Positions 1 to 13,492 of a stretch of DNA of 64,000 nucleotides are shown here, piece after piece. The stretch's first letter is position 1. The number at the start of each line of letters is the position of its first letter. The notes beneath the pieces were generated by a model. It ran no database searches, was not told where the DNA came from, and was given only the letters and a program-made list of their open reading frames with translations. Source of the DNA: the human T2T-CHM13v2.0 reference genome, Homo sapiens. The position numbers and the translations under genes are program-made. Location: assembly GCF_009914755.1 (NCBI RefSeq), contig NC_060940.1. The stretch is one strand, 5' to 3'.

Positions 1-169
1 GATCCACCCGCCACAGTTTCCCAAAGTTAGTGGCCAAATTTCTAACCTAAAGGGCAAAAGACACAAATAAATGTGGCTTTTCAGATGGGAAGGTCCCACA
101 GGTGTCTCTGAGATTGAGTATAGAAGGAGCCTAGGATTTAGAAAAAGATCGATCTGATGACAACCATTC

Positions 170-540
170 ATGAGTTGTTTGTCTCTGAGCCTCAGTTTCC
201 TAATCTGTGAAATGGGAATGATACGTCTTACATCCTGGGGATAGTGTGAAAATTAAATGCGCTGGCATGGATGAAGACCAAGCACCGAGAATAGTTCATT
301 ATTATTACATGTGAATGTCACCACAGAGATAGAGAGAGTGGCATGACGCAAAAAGCACTAATTTGGGGGAAAGACAGCCTAAGTTCAAATCCTGGCTCCA
401 CTGCCTCCGGCTATGTGAACTGAGATGACTTACGCTACCTCTCTGAGCCCCCATTTCTTTACCTGCAAAATGGGAACGCAGACAACTACCTAGAAGGGTT
501 GTTGCAAGGTTTAAATAAAATAACGTGTGCCTCGGGGGAG
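170..540. mobile_element. MIR fragments
   Basis: MIR core ctctgagcctcagtttcc...tgtgaaatgggaat seen twice in degenerate form. Confidence 0.65.
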
Positions 541-1039
541 TGCTCAGGGATGTCAGCCCTCCTCCACCGTCCCAGGCGAGAAAGAGCTGTCTCGGGAGGG
601 TGCTCAAGGCTCTGGCATGGGGGTGCAAATGGGATTATGTGATCCCAAGCTCCCAAATGCCCCCAACCCAAGGTCCTGCCCCTCACCAACAGCTGACTGA
701 TGAGAGCTGAGCACCCAGACCTCCCTCTGCCCTGGCAAATGACACACAGCTGCTGTGAGGTGACTCTGCGAGAGCCAGTCTCAGCCTTGTCAGAGGGAAG
801 GAGCTTGAGGGTGGCCCATGTGCTCCAAGGGACTTCTCTCCAGAGCTAGCAGCAGGGCCCCTGCTGGACACAGAACAGAATCCAAGGGGCTTTTCTGCAC
901 CTTCAGAGAACGCTTTGTTATGTGGGGCCAGACAAAGCCCACTGAGGAGTTAATGTCCCCCCAGGAGCCACGTGGTCCGAGCCTGTGACTGGTGGACTCT
1001 GCTTTGCTGAAGTCTGGTGTAGGTACAGCCGTGCATCTT

Positions 1040-1327
1040 TTTTTTTTTTTTTTTCAAATCAAGGAAGGAACCTCATTTTATTCTGAATGTGTTAGTTTTG
1101 ACCGTCTTCACCCTGAAATTTTCTCTTTGTTTAATTTTATTTATTTATTTTTTATTAGTATACTTTAAGTTCTAGGGTACATGTGCACAACGTGCAGGTT
1201 TGTTACATATGTACACATGTGCCATGTTGGTGTGCTGCACCCATTAACTCGTCATTTACATTAGATGTATCTCCTAATGCTATCCCTCCCCTCTCCCCCC
1301 ACCCCACGACAGGCCCCGGTGTGTGAT
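1040..1327 (-). mobile_element. 5'-truncated L1PA (about PA4-PA5) 3' end plus ~80 bp transduced segment and poly(A)
   Basis: tactttaagttctagggtacatgtgcacaacgtgcagg... is the L1PA 3' UTR reverse complement; TSD GTGCATCTT at 1031-1039 and 1328-1336. Confidence 0.85.
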
Positions 1328-1612
1328 GTGCATCTTAATGACTGGGACACATTCTGAAAAACGAGTTCAGGTGATTTCGCTGTTGTGCAAACATCAGAGA
1401 GTGTGCTTACACAAAGAAATCTGGATCGTATAGCCTGCCGCACACCTAGGCTGTACGGTACAGTCTATTGCTCTTAGGCTCCATACCTGTGCAGCATGGT
1501 ACTGTACTGAATGCTGTAGCCAATTTTAACACGACAGCAAGTATTGATGTATCTAAACATATCTAAATACAGACAAGATACAATAAAATTCCCATGTAAA
1601 AGATAAAAAAGG

Positions 1613-1921
1613 AGCCTGTAATCCCAGCACTTTGGGAGGCCAATGCAGGAGGATCACTTGAGGCAGGAGTTCAAGACCAGCTTGGGCGATATAGTCAAAC
1701 CCCTCCACCCCAACTATCTCTTCAAAAAAATTTAAAAATTAGCCAGATGTGCTGGCACATACCTCCTTGTGGGGCTGAGGTGGGAGGATTGCTTGAGCCC
1801 AGGAGTTTGAGGCTGCAGTGAGCCGCATTCACACCACACTCCAGCCTGGGCGACAGAGGGAGACTCAATCTCAAAAAAATAAAAAAGTAAAAAATAAAAA
1901 TAAAAATAAAAAAATAAAAAA
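1613..1921 (+). mobile_element. Alu (AluJ-like)
   Basis: gcctgtaatcccagcactttgggagg...; A-rich tail. Confidence 0.9.
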
Positions 1922-2118
1922 TGGTACACCTCTCTATGGTACATACCATGAGTGGAGCTTCCAGGACTAGTAATTGGTCTGGGTGAGTCAGGGAGTGAGT
2001 GGTGAGTGGCCTAGGACGTCACTGTATCCTACTGTAGACTTAATAAACACCGTACACTTAGCTTCACTAAATTTACTTAAAAATATTTTTCTTTCGTCAA
2101 TAAGAAATTAGTTTACTA

Positions 2119-2528
<410 letters not shown>

Positions 2529-5268
2529 CTACACTACCATCACCCCAAACACACGAGTAATGGCTTGTGCTGTGACGTCACAATGGCTGCAATGTTACTA
2601 GGGCAGAGGAATTTTTAGCTCCATTAAAACCTTAGGGGACCACATTCATATGTGCAGTCCATTGTTGACCAAACAGTCATTTTGCAGCACATGACTCTAT
2701 TTATCCATCTGACCGCTGGCTGCGGTCAGCCCTAGGGATCACTAACCCATCCCAATAGGCCCCAGGAAAGAGAAAACCACATTCCCGCTCACTGTATTAG
2801 AGATGGGGTTCCCAGCAGGAAACAGAGCGAACCCTGGGAGGCCAATTGAAGAGATTTTATGAAGGGACTGCTTCAGAGAGGTGGGCTCCTTTAAGGAAAC
2901 CAACCACTGCCTGCACAGAGGTGGGCTCGGATGTTGAGGTACCCAGAGACCAGCAACGGCACTTCTGCCTGGAATTCCCTTCCCTCTCCTGTCAGTCCTG
3001 TGGCTGGCACTCAGATGTGGGCTGAAACGTCCGCTCTCCCAGAGGCCTTCCTGGCCTCACAGGCTCAGCCAGCTGCCCCCTCACTCTCTGCAGCACCTCC
3101 CATTGTAATTCCCTGAACATCTCTGATCGCCAGCTGATACGTTTCCTCATTGACTTATTTATTTTCCTGTTGTTCCCATTACTGCAGACTCCCCAAGGGA
3201 GTGTGTCTTACTTACTGCGGCACCCCCATTGCCTAGCATGGAGCCCATCATGCAGTAGGCACCCAGCACCTATCTATCAGCTCAGAGCCTGGGCGCTCAC
3301 CCTGTTCTGCCCAGAGCCCTGAGAACTCTCCCTCTCCCTGTTTCTCGTTTTCACTTCTGTCCATTTTACTTTGTCATCTTTGAGTCACTTCTCACTTGAG
3401 GCAGGAAGAAAGAATCAAGACTTGCACTTTCTTTCTGGACAAAGAAGGAAATGAGCCACAGGGTCTGGGTCCAGTGAGGCTGGGGCAGGGGTCATGCCTG
3501 CCGCCTCCCCTGAGTCAGGGACCAGCTTCCTGGCCAGGACTCCCAACCTGCCTCCTTTCTTCTCCAAGCCTTTCCTCACCGCCTTCCTCCTGCCTAGAGC
3601 ATCCCTTCAAGGGCCTCAAGTCTCTTCCAGGTTGACCCCCTCATTTATGGCTGAGGAAACTGAGGCCCAGAGGGGTCAGGGCCTCTCCCAGGCATATGGC
3701 ACTTGCATTCTGGGGCCTATCCCCACCCTGGGAGTCCACTTCCTCCAGGGCCAGAGGCAGGAACCAGAAGGCAGGGGCCGTCGATACTAAAATCAGTGGG
3801 CCCAGAGGTCAGCTGGCCCAGCACAGACACCCTCAGCCCTCCCTGAGGTCAGCCTGGCGCCAGCAAATCAGGGGAAATGTTACTAGAGTTTACAAACCTC
3901 TTGTGATGTACAGAGTCCAGCCTCTCCCTCTGGCCAGACAGGGGACAGTCAAGGGAGGAGGCCATCCCATCCAGCACCTTGTAGATCCTTGTCTGTCTCC
4001 ATATGTGAGTCCTGGTTCCCTCTCCCACCCACCTGTTCTTCCTCTACATCATCCCAGGAGTTGCAGGTCAGTAACACAGGGACCCCAGAGGGTGGAGAGA
4101 TAGAGTCAGGGCTGAGAGAACATGCTAATGGCCAAGGTCACAGCCTGCACTCCTCGTGGGGCTGTAGAGAAAACCCCTGTTCCTGGAATTCAGAATGAAG
4201 CCAGGCCTTGATCTCTGGGTGATCCACATCCCTACCCCACAGACCTGCCTTCAAGAGTGTGCAACCTGTGCAACTGTACAGGGCTTGCACTTCAAAGGGC
4301 ATCATCCTTGGTTTAATGTTCTGTCGCCTTCTTAAAATTCTTTTGCACGGGGCCACACAAATTATGAAGCCATTCCTATGAACCCAGACCCTCAACTCAC
4401 CACCCCACCCACCCCTGCTCTTCTGACAGCAAAGCTGACCACTCACTGTAAGATCTGGAGTGAAGGGCTGGCCCTCAGGGTTAAGACAGTTGGATTTTCC
4501 TAAGAGCCTTCTGAAGACAGAATCAAGGCAAAATTGTCAAAGGGGCTTTCAGGCAGGAGGATGTTTGCCGAGAGAAGGCTTTAAATCTTACCCCATAGCA
4601 GCTGCTGGGACAAGGGAAGTCAGGAGGAAAGGATTTGAACTTCCGGGCCAGACAACCTTGGTTCAAATCCTGGCTGTGCTCCTTACAGTTTGGGTGATTT
4701 CAGGAATGTTCTGAAACCTCTCTGTTCCTCTTCTGCAAAATGAGGGTTATAATTACACCAACCTGGAAGATGATGGGGAAGATTAAATAGATAAGATATA
4801 TAAAGTGCTTGAAACAGTGCCAGGCAAAAAATAAATGCTTGATAAAGATTAGCTATCAGACACTTGGGTTCCTGTCTGAGTCCCACCACTTACTCCAATG
4901 TGAACTTAACATCTGTGTGCCTCAGTTTCCTCATTTGAACAATGAGGATAACCTGAGCACCCAATGCCTGGGGACTTAGGAGCTGCCATTGGCATCAGCC
5001 TCACACCCTCTTCCTGGAGACCTTCCCCACAGGCCCTCCTCTGGGCTCCCATATCCCCTGCACTTGCTTCCGTCCTAGCACATGTGACTCGCAAGTAGAA
5101 ATGGTTTCCACGTCTATTTTCACCCTCCCCAGTTCGGAGTTCATCAAGGCATGAAGGGGGTCTGGTTCTGCTGGTGTCAGCAGACAGTGAAGGATGAAGG
5201 AGTGAACAGATAAAGGGAGTTAGGTTCCCTATGGAAGCTGCTCACACCCTTAGGCAGTGGCCACCATA

Positions 5269-5632
5269 TATGGGCGATCGGTCAGAGTGGTGGAAGAAAT
5301 TTTAGGGAAAGGACGCAAACCTTCTTGAAAGGTCAGAAGGTTTTGCATAGCTTCGGGGAAGAATAAGCAGAAGGCAGCTGTTCTACCCTGAGGCAGAGGG
5401 TGAGGAGTAGGTACAAGGAAGTGTAGGGAAATTTATCTTAAATGCGCTTGTTTACTCATGTTGTCCTAAAACCGACCTTTCATCCAGTGCATGACTGCTC
5501 CCTGAAAGGGGGAACAATAATGTTAATTACCCGCAGATTGTGTTTGCCCCAGGCTTTTGGCATTATATCTAGCTGCTCTTATGCGAAATACCTGTGTCTA
5601 AGTACTCCTTTCATCGTCACTGGCCAGAATCT
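5269..5632 (+). mobile_element. ERVK-class solo LTR (LTR22-like, HML-5), apparently internally deleted
   Basis: gatcggtcagagtggtgg...agggaaaggacgcaaaccttctt at the 5' end and tacctgtgtctaagtactcctttcatc at the 3' end resemble the recalled LTR22 consensus. Confidence 0.6.
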
Positions 5633-5674
5633 GAATGTGTCTCCTCTTTCCCCAGATCTGTTCCTCCTGGGAAG

Positions 5675-5884
5675 ATGCAGAGGCTCATGATGCTCCTCGC
5701 CACATCGGGCGCCTGCCTGGGCCTGCTGGCAGTGGCAGCAGTGGCAGCAGCAGGTGCTAACCCTGCCCAACGGGACACCCACAGCCTGCTGCCCACCCAC
5801 CGGCGCCAAAAGAGAGATTGGATTTGGAACCAGATGCACATTGATGAAGAGAAAAACACCTCACTTCCCCATCATGTAGGCAAG
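5675..5884 (+). CDS. CDH5: VE-cadherin coding exon (exon 2; exon starts 5656): signal peptide, propeptide, RQKR convertase site, mature N-terminus DWIW
   Basis: cccag acceptor ends 5655; ATG 5675 (AAGATGC); MQRLMMLLATSGACLGLLAVAAVAAAG...RRQKRDWIWNQMHIDEEKNTSLPHHVGK; donor AAG/gtaagg; 210 nt, phase 0. Confidence 0.99.
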
Positions 5885-5939
5885 GTAAGGCTCAAGCCCC
5901 AGGACAGGAGAAGCCATCAGCAGCTGGCCCATAGTGACA

Positions 5940-7118
5940 AGTGGTGGTGGTGATGGCGATGGTGGCAAAGGTGGTAATAGATATTGTGGTGGTTGTAGGA
6001 GTGGAGATGATAAGGGTGAAGGTGGTAGCAATAGTGGTAGAGGTCGTGGTGGTAGAAGTAGTGGTGGTAATGGTAGCAATGGTGGTGGTAGTGATAGTGA
6101 TGGTGGTGAGGATGGGAAAGGCCAAGGTGGTGGTGGGAGTGGTGAGAATGGTGGTGGTGGTAGTGATGATAAAGGGGTAGGTGGTGGTTGTGATGGTGGT
6201 GATGGTGGTGGTGGCTGTGATGGTGGTGATCACGGTGATGGTGGTGATGATAAAGGGGTAGGTGGTGGTGGTGATCACGGTGATGGTGGTGATGATAAAG
6301 GGGTAGGTGGTGGTGGTGATCATGGTGATGGTGGTGATGATAAAGGGGTAGGTGTTGGTGGTGATCACGGTGATGGTGGTGATGATAAAGGGGTAGGTGG
6401 TGGTGGTGATCATGGTGATGGTGGTGATGATAAAGGGGTAGGTGGTGGTGGTGATCACGGTGATGGTGGTGATGATAAAGGGGTAGGTGGTGGTTGTGAT
6501 AATGGTGATGACAGTGATGATAAAGGGGTAGGTGGTGATTGTGATGGTGGGTGATGGTGGTGATGATAAAGGGGTAGGCGGTGGTCTGACGATGGTGATG
6601 ATGGTGGTGCTGATAAAGGGTAGGTGGTCGTTGTGATGATGGTGATGATGGTGATGATAAAGGGATGGGTAGTGGTTGTGATGGTGGTGATCACGATGAT
6701 GGTGGTGATGATAAAGGGGTAGGTGGTGGCAGTGATGGTGGTGATCATGGTGATGGTGGTCATGATAAAGGGGTAGGTGGTGGTTGTAATGGTGATGATG
6801 ATGGTGGTGATGAAAGATAAATGATGATGATGGTGATGAAAGATAAATGTTGATGGTGGTGATGATGGAAGTGATGATGATAGTGATGGTGATGGTGGTG
6901 AGGATGGGGAAGGACAAGGTGGTGGTGGTGGTGGTAGTGATGGTAAAGGGGAAGGTGGTGGTTGTGATAGTGGTTGTGATGGTGGTGATGATGGTGGTGG
7001 TAATGGTGAAGGATAAGTGTTGATGGAGATGGTGGTGGTGATGATGGTAGTGATGAAAGATAAGTGCTGATAGTGGTGATAATGGAGGTGATGATGATGG
7101 TGGTGGAGGTGGTGGTGA
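5940..7118 (+). repeat. (GGT/GAT)n low-complexity tract with an embedded 45-bp minisatellite
   Basis: Unit GGTGATGGTGGTGATGATAAAGGGGTAGGTGGTGGTGGTGATCAY; AAAG recurs at 6252, 6297, 6342, 6387, 6432, 6477, 6522. Confidence 0.97.
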
Positions 7119-7916
7119 ACTCTATGGTTCAATTTCTCCCAGACCTTGGTCTGTAAACTAGATATCACTAACAGAAGGGCCATCCAGTGCCCAAGCTGAT
7201 GAGGCTCACCTGGCCTGGGGGTTCAAGGTTTAGGACAAGACCAGCCAACCCTGCCGTGAAATTTTCCCATTTGAAAGATCGGAAAAGAACTGTGCAGCCT
7301 TCCACAAAATTGTGCTGAAGATGAAGTTAATCATCCAGGCCATATTTTTGCCAACTCCAGTCTAGGCCTTTGAACCTCCTCAAAAACCCCTTCTCTCAGG
7401 CTATCCCTGGTTCCCTGTGACCCCACACAGCTCCCCATATTCCACAACACCTGTAATGAGGTACCTGACCCAAGCCTGCCCTCCAGGGCAGGACCTCAGA
7501 CTCTGACCCTCACTTTGTCCTCCTTTAAAACATGTCTATCCTAAGCCCATCCTCCTAGAGCTCAGAGCATATCTGAGTGACTGCTGAATTGCCTTACCAT
7601 GTCAAACTGTCATTGATGTCAAAGCTATCCAGTCTAATTGAAAGGAATGGCCCTAGTAGTGGAATTTCACACACAATGACAGGTAGATGGACCGTGTGCT
7701 TTCAGAGTTTTCAATGAGGAAGAAAGTTTATTTTGAGTGCGTTAAAATCTCACTTTGTCAGCTTCTTGGAATCTAAATGACAGGTGCAAAAAAGAACATG
7801 TCAATGTGCTAGAGAAAGGAAGGACCATTCCAAGCACCAGACTGGGTGCCAGAAAGATAACAACAGTGGGCTAAGACAGACATGGTCCCCACCCTCATGG
7901 AGAGGGTGGTCTAGAG

Positions 7917-8137
7917 CAAGGATCAGCAAACTACCCCCTGCGGGCCCAATCCAGCCCACTGCCTGGACTTGCAAATAAAGTTTTATTGGAACACAGCCAC
8001 ACTCATTCATCTACAGATTGCCCGCAGCTGCTTTCATGCTACAATGGCAAAGTTGAGTGGTGGTGACAAAGACCAAATGACCATAAGGCTGCAAATATTT
8101 GCTCCCTGCCCTTTACAGAAACAGTTTACCCATCCTG
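7917..8137. mobile_element. MER58A-like hAT-Charlie MITE
   Basis: 221 bp flanked by a perfect 8-bp TSD GTCTAGAG (7909-7916, 8138-8145); typical aaataaagttttattggaacacagccac core. Confidence 0.85.
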
Positions 8138-9199
8138 GTCTAGAGGGGCAGCATATGTCAGACAAAGAACCCCACAAATGGTGTGGGGGTGCCCTCTGGC
8201 TGTAGAGAAACAGGCTGGAGAGGAACTTTTGATGGGAAGGCCCAGTCTGGCCATGGCACCAGAAATGCCCCAGCAGACCTTGGTCCGTGGACTGGCTATA
8301 GGGCCATCCCATGCTCAGACTGAGAAGGCCAGTGTGGTCCCAGGGTTCAGGGTTTAGGGCAGGGCCAACCATGGCTGCCATGAAATTTTCCCATTTGGGA
8401 AATTAGGAAAGATCTGTGTAGCATCTGACAAAATTGGATGGGAATGGGGCCAGCTGGGGAATCTCCACTCGGAGCCCCACCCACAACCAGCTGGCTGTGC
8501 CCATGGCTCCCAACAATAACTGGGATCTTGAAGTCCTCCAGCATGGCCACTCATAGGGGAAGACACTTGCCCAGGGTCACACTAGGAGACCAGGACAGAG
8601 CCCCAGGAGAATGCCGCCCTAGGAAAACCAGCATTCCTGACTCTCAACACAAATGCGAGCTCTGTGTCATACAGGAAAATGTCGTCAATCCACCTGCATC
8701 CTTCCCGGTGGGATAATTGTGCCTTGAATCAGCCTCTAAAAAGAATGTCTGACCTCAAGGAAAATCTATGGAGTGAGTCAGGGAAAGTCCGTAGAAAGTG
8801 GGGGCTACCTTTCAAGGGCTCGCCCAAGGGTTTCTAGCAGCAGGAAGAACGCCAGGCCTGCTGTCATTTGCCAACAGCATTCACTTGGCCCCTGGCATGG
8901 GGCTGGGTCTCCGAGGAACCACAAGGGGTCGTCACGCTGGGAAGAAACAAGGGTGCCTGGAAAAGACAAGGACAGGGCTCCAAGGATCACCTCCGGCTCC
9001 TGAGGATGTAATCTGAGGGAAGGAAGTCCCTGTTTATCAAGGTCAGAGCCTGGAGCCTTTGTTTACAGACCTGGCTGGACAATGGGAGCAAGTCCTGAGC
9101 CGCCTTCTGAACCCACAAATATGGGTTTTTGGCATTAAGATGTTATGTTTAAATACAGTGATCTTAGAAAACAGGGGTAGGGAGAGTGGAGGCTCCCAG

Positions 9200-9626
9200 A
9201 AACCCATAACCCTCATCTAATCATGAGAGAAACATCAGACAAATTCCAACAGAGGGGCATCCTGCAAAATACGTGACTCATACTCCTCAAACCTGTCGAG
9301 GTCATCAGAAACCAATGAAAGTCTAAGAAACTATCACAGCCATGAGGCACTTAAAGAAACATGACACCTCTGTGGAATGTAGTATCCAGTGTGGGATCCT
9401 GGAATAGAAAAAAGACATTAGGTAAAAAAAAACTAAGGAACTCTGCATAAACTATGCCCTCTGGTAAATAATAATGCATCCGTATTGGTCCATTAATTAT
9501 AACAAATGCACCACATTCATGTAAGATGTTCATACTCCGGGAAAAAGAGGAGCAGGCATCTGGAAACTCTCTGCCCTAGTTTCTCAATTTTTCTGTAAAT
9601 CTGGAACTGTTCTAAAAAATAAAGTC
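9200..9626 (+). mobile_element. Old L1M (L1MC-like) 3' end
   Basis: gggatcctggaatagaaaaaagacattag...tctaaaaaataaagt. Confidence 0.65.
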
Positions 9627-10259
9627 TAGGGAAGAAAAATTGAAGGGAAGGAAAACAGAAACTGGATATTCACATGAAATTGTATGCAGAACTCCAATCA
9701 CACAGATCCAAGCTGATTTCCTCCCTCCATCCTCCCTGCCCTGGTGGGTCCTAACACACTCACCGAGAGCCCAGTTGGAAGGCCACCATCTTATCCTCAC
9801 CTTGAGCAACTCACACAGGGCCCCAAACTGTCCCCTTCTCTTTGAGTCTCCACTGTCCTCGCAGGTCACAGGTTACAGAGCTGAGGCATGGCTTCTTGCC
9901 TCTAGTCCAGCTGTTCATCATGCATCCTGGCCACTGGGCCTTAGTACCTCCTCATGAACCCACCTGCCCCCTGCACGCCACAGCCTTGCTCCAAGATGCT
10001 TGTTGCTGCCCACCTCTCTCCCACCCTGCCCGACCAAGGGGGCAATCCTCACTCCCTGTCTCCACTTCCTCCCCTTCTAGAATCTTCCCTAGGCTGCATC
10101 ATCTAACTTCCCACCCTATCAACCCCTGTCAGTGCCCTCACTGAGGGCTCCAATGACTGCACTGCTGCTAAACCCTGGGGACACTTTCCAGACCTCATGG
10201 GATGTGGCCATACCCTCTGGAATCTCCCTCTTCTTTCTTGAGACCCCAGCCTCTCTTGA

Positions 10260-10609
<350 letters not shown>

Positions 10610-10674
10610 TAAAGAGTCCTCACCAGATGCCTTCACACAAAAGCCCTTGCTCTATTTGACTTTAAATAATGTGA

Positions 10675-11208
<534 letters not shown>

Positions 11209-11723
11209 TCAGCATGCCAGCCTCTGAGGCTGCAAACCTAGATCCTGAGAGCCACAATGGGATCTGTACCCTCTGTACTCCTAGTGGGGCCCTGGCACCT
11301 CCCAGGCACCAAGTTATATTTTTTAATTGAATAGAATTCTATTTTGGGGACATACTAACCTTCTATGAGAGTATCATTGTATATGCATAGAATACTATTC
11401 TATAGGAACTATACCGTTCCTAATATTTTCTGTTTCTATGATTCTTTAAATGGAGATCCTCTAACCTGTGGCTCTATTATTGATAATTATTAGCTAGCAT
11501 TTATAGAACCCTGTTTGGTGTAAGATGCTTTACATATATTATTTTCCAAATCTTACTCCTTGGGACATGAACAGTACATGTTACACAGAAAAATGGTTCT
11601 GTGGTCTAAGAAGTATGGAAAATCCTGAGTTACACAAAGCTCACTGGAGTTCTTTTCTGCAGAGCTGTACATTGTAAATCTCCAAGAAGAGAATATTTTA
11701 TGCACCATTTTCTGTACTGGGCC

Positions 11724-12146
11724 CAGGGGTGTGCTGATATATGTTTGACAACTGGCTGTCCAGGGGAAAAGTTCTGATGCGTAGCACTTGCCAATTTCCA
11801 TGGTGTAAATATTCTCACCATGTCTCATTTCAAGCTATCAATGTGATGTCATCGAAGGCCAAGACAAGACAGGAGAAGATCCTCATGAGCACATCATTAT
11901 GTAGCATTTCCATCATACAGATACCATAAACACAGATAACCTCAAAACACAGTCAAAGGTAGCAAAACAATTCGGAAGCGATGAATTCTGAGAATTCGTT
12001 GTTTTTCATGATTTATTTAATTGTAAGTTCATATAATTTAATTTGTAATAGTGGCTGTATTTAACAATCAGCTCACAAATATTCCTGAAAATTTAAGCTG
12101 GTTCTTGAAAGCCAAGCTGATACAATCCAGCGCCAGCACACCACTG
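11724..12146. mobile_element. hAT DNA element (MER63-like)
   Basis: Inverted termini caggggtgtgctg / cagcacaccactg. Confidence 0.55.
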
Positions 12147-12476
12147 GCTAGGACCCCATCTTTGCGTGGAACAGCAGAAGAGTTCAGTGTTTCCCAGAAC
12201 TCATCTTCAAAAGTGCTGTTCTACTCCTCAGAGCAAAGCAACATCAGAAGCAATATTTCCATTTTACAAATGAGGCAACTAAAACTTAGAGAGGTTAAGT
12301 GACTTCTACGGGGCAAAAATATCCTTTGCCTTCCAATGGCACCAGGTATATTTTTTCCACTCAAAAAATGTTTTCTAAGCACCTACTCTGTTCAGGCACC
12401 ATTCTAGGCATGCTGGGGCTCTGCCAGGCAACTCACACCATGAGAACAACTCATTGGTGACTAGTCAGAGGTTCTT

Positions 12477-12846
12477 TTTTTTTTTTGGCTTTTTAAAAAT
12501 TTTATTTTCAGGGGTACATGTCCATGTTTGTTACACGTATATTGCATATTCGTGGGGATTGGGCTTCTAGCATACCCATTACCCAAATAGTGAACATTAT
12601 GGCCAATAGGTTATTTGTCTACCCTCGCCCTCATCCCAACCTCCCCTCTTTTGGAGTCTCCAGTGTCTATTATTTCCATTTTTATGGCCATATGTACCAA
12701 TTGTTTAGCTCCTACTTATAAGTGAGAATATGTGGTATTGGATTTGTTGCTTCTGGGTTAGTTCACTTAGGTTCATTTAGGATTATGGCCTGCAGCTCTA
12801 TCCATGTTGCTGCAAAGGACATGATTTTATTCTTTTTTATGGCTGC
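12477..12846 (-). mobile_element. Older L1P (about L1PA16/PB) 3' fragment
   Basis: ggggtacatgt...cttataagtgagaatatg; TSD CAGAGGTTCTT at 12466-12476 and 12847-12857. Confidence 0.85.
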
Positions 12847-13016
12847 CAGAGGTTCTTGATAAAAAATCTCAGTATCATATTTAGGGACCCTGGCCAGCAC
12901 CACACACACCACATACACACATGCACAGGCACACCTGTGTACACACACTCTCACTCACACACTCACACACAGCCACTGCCGCCCATTCCCAGCTCACGTC
13001 ACCTCTTCTTTTCTAG

Positions 13017-13305
13017 ATCAAGTCAAGCGTGAGTCGCAAGAATGCCAAGTACCTGCTCAAAGGAGAATATGTGGGCAAGGTCTTCCGGGTCGATGCAGAG
13101 ACAGGAGACGTGTTCGCCATTGAGAGGCTGGACCGGGAGAATATCTCAGAGTACCACCTCACTGCTGTCATTGTGGACAAGGACACTGGTGAAAACCTGG
13201 AGACTCCTTCCAGCTTCACCATCAAAGTTCATGACGTGAACGACAACTGGCCTGTGTTCACGCATCGGTTGTTCAATGCGTCCGTGCCTGAGTCGTCGGC
13301 TGTGG
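13017..13305 (+). CDS. CDH5: VE-cadherin exon 3 (EC1)
   Basis: ttctag/ATC; IKSSVSRKNAKY...LDRE...DVNDNWP cadherin Ca-binding motifs; G/gtacgt; 289 nt. Confidence 0.99.
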
Positions 13306-13492
13306 GTACGTTGCATGCCCACTCTGTCCTCCTCCCTCCCTCATCCCCAGCCTGGGGGCACCTCTCACATCAGCCACTTCACTGCCTGGGGTAGGAATCC
13401 AGTGAGTTCAGGGTAGTGATTGTAATGCCTGTGTTGCCACTTTACATGATTTGAAAGAAACTCTAGTTCCTAACAAGCTCTGATCTGGCCAC

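Noticed and set aside
5861-7183. Long ORFs (341, 242, 206 aa) rich in His/Thr/Gly/Pro
   Set aside because: Translations of the intronic GGT/45-bp repeat; stops are absent because of composition
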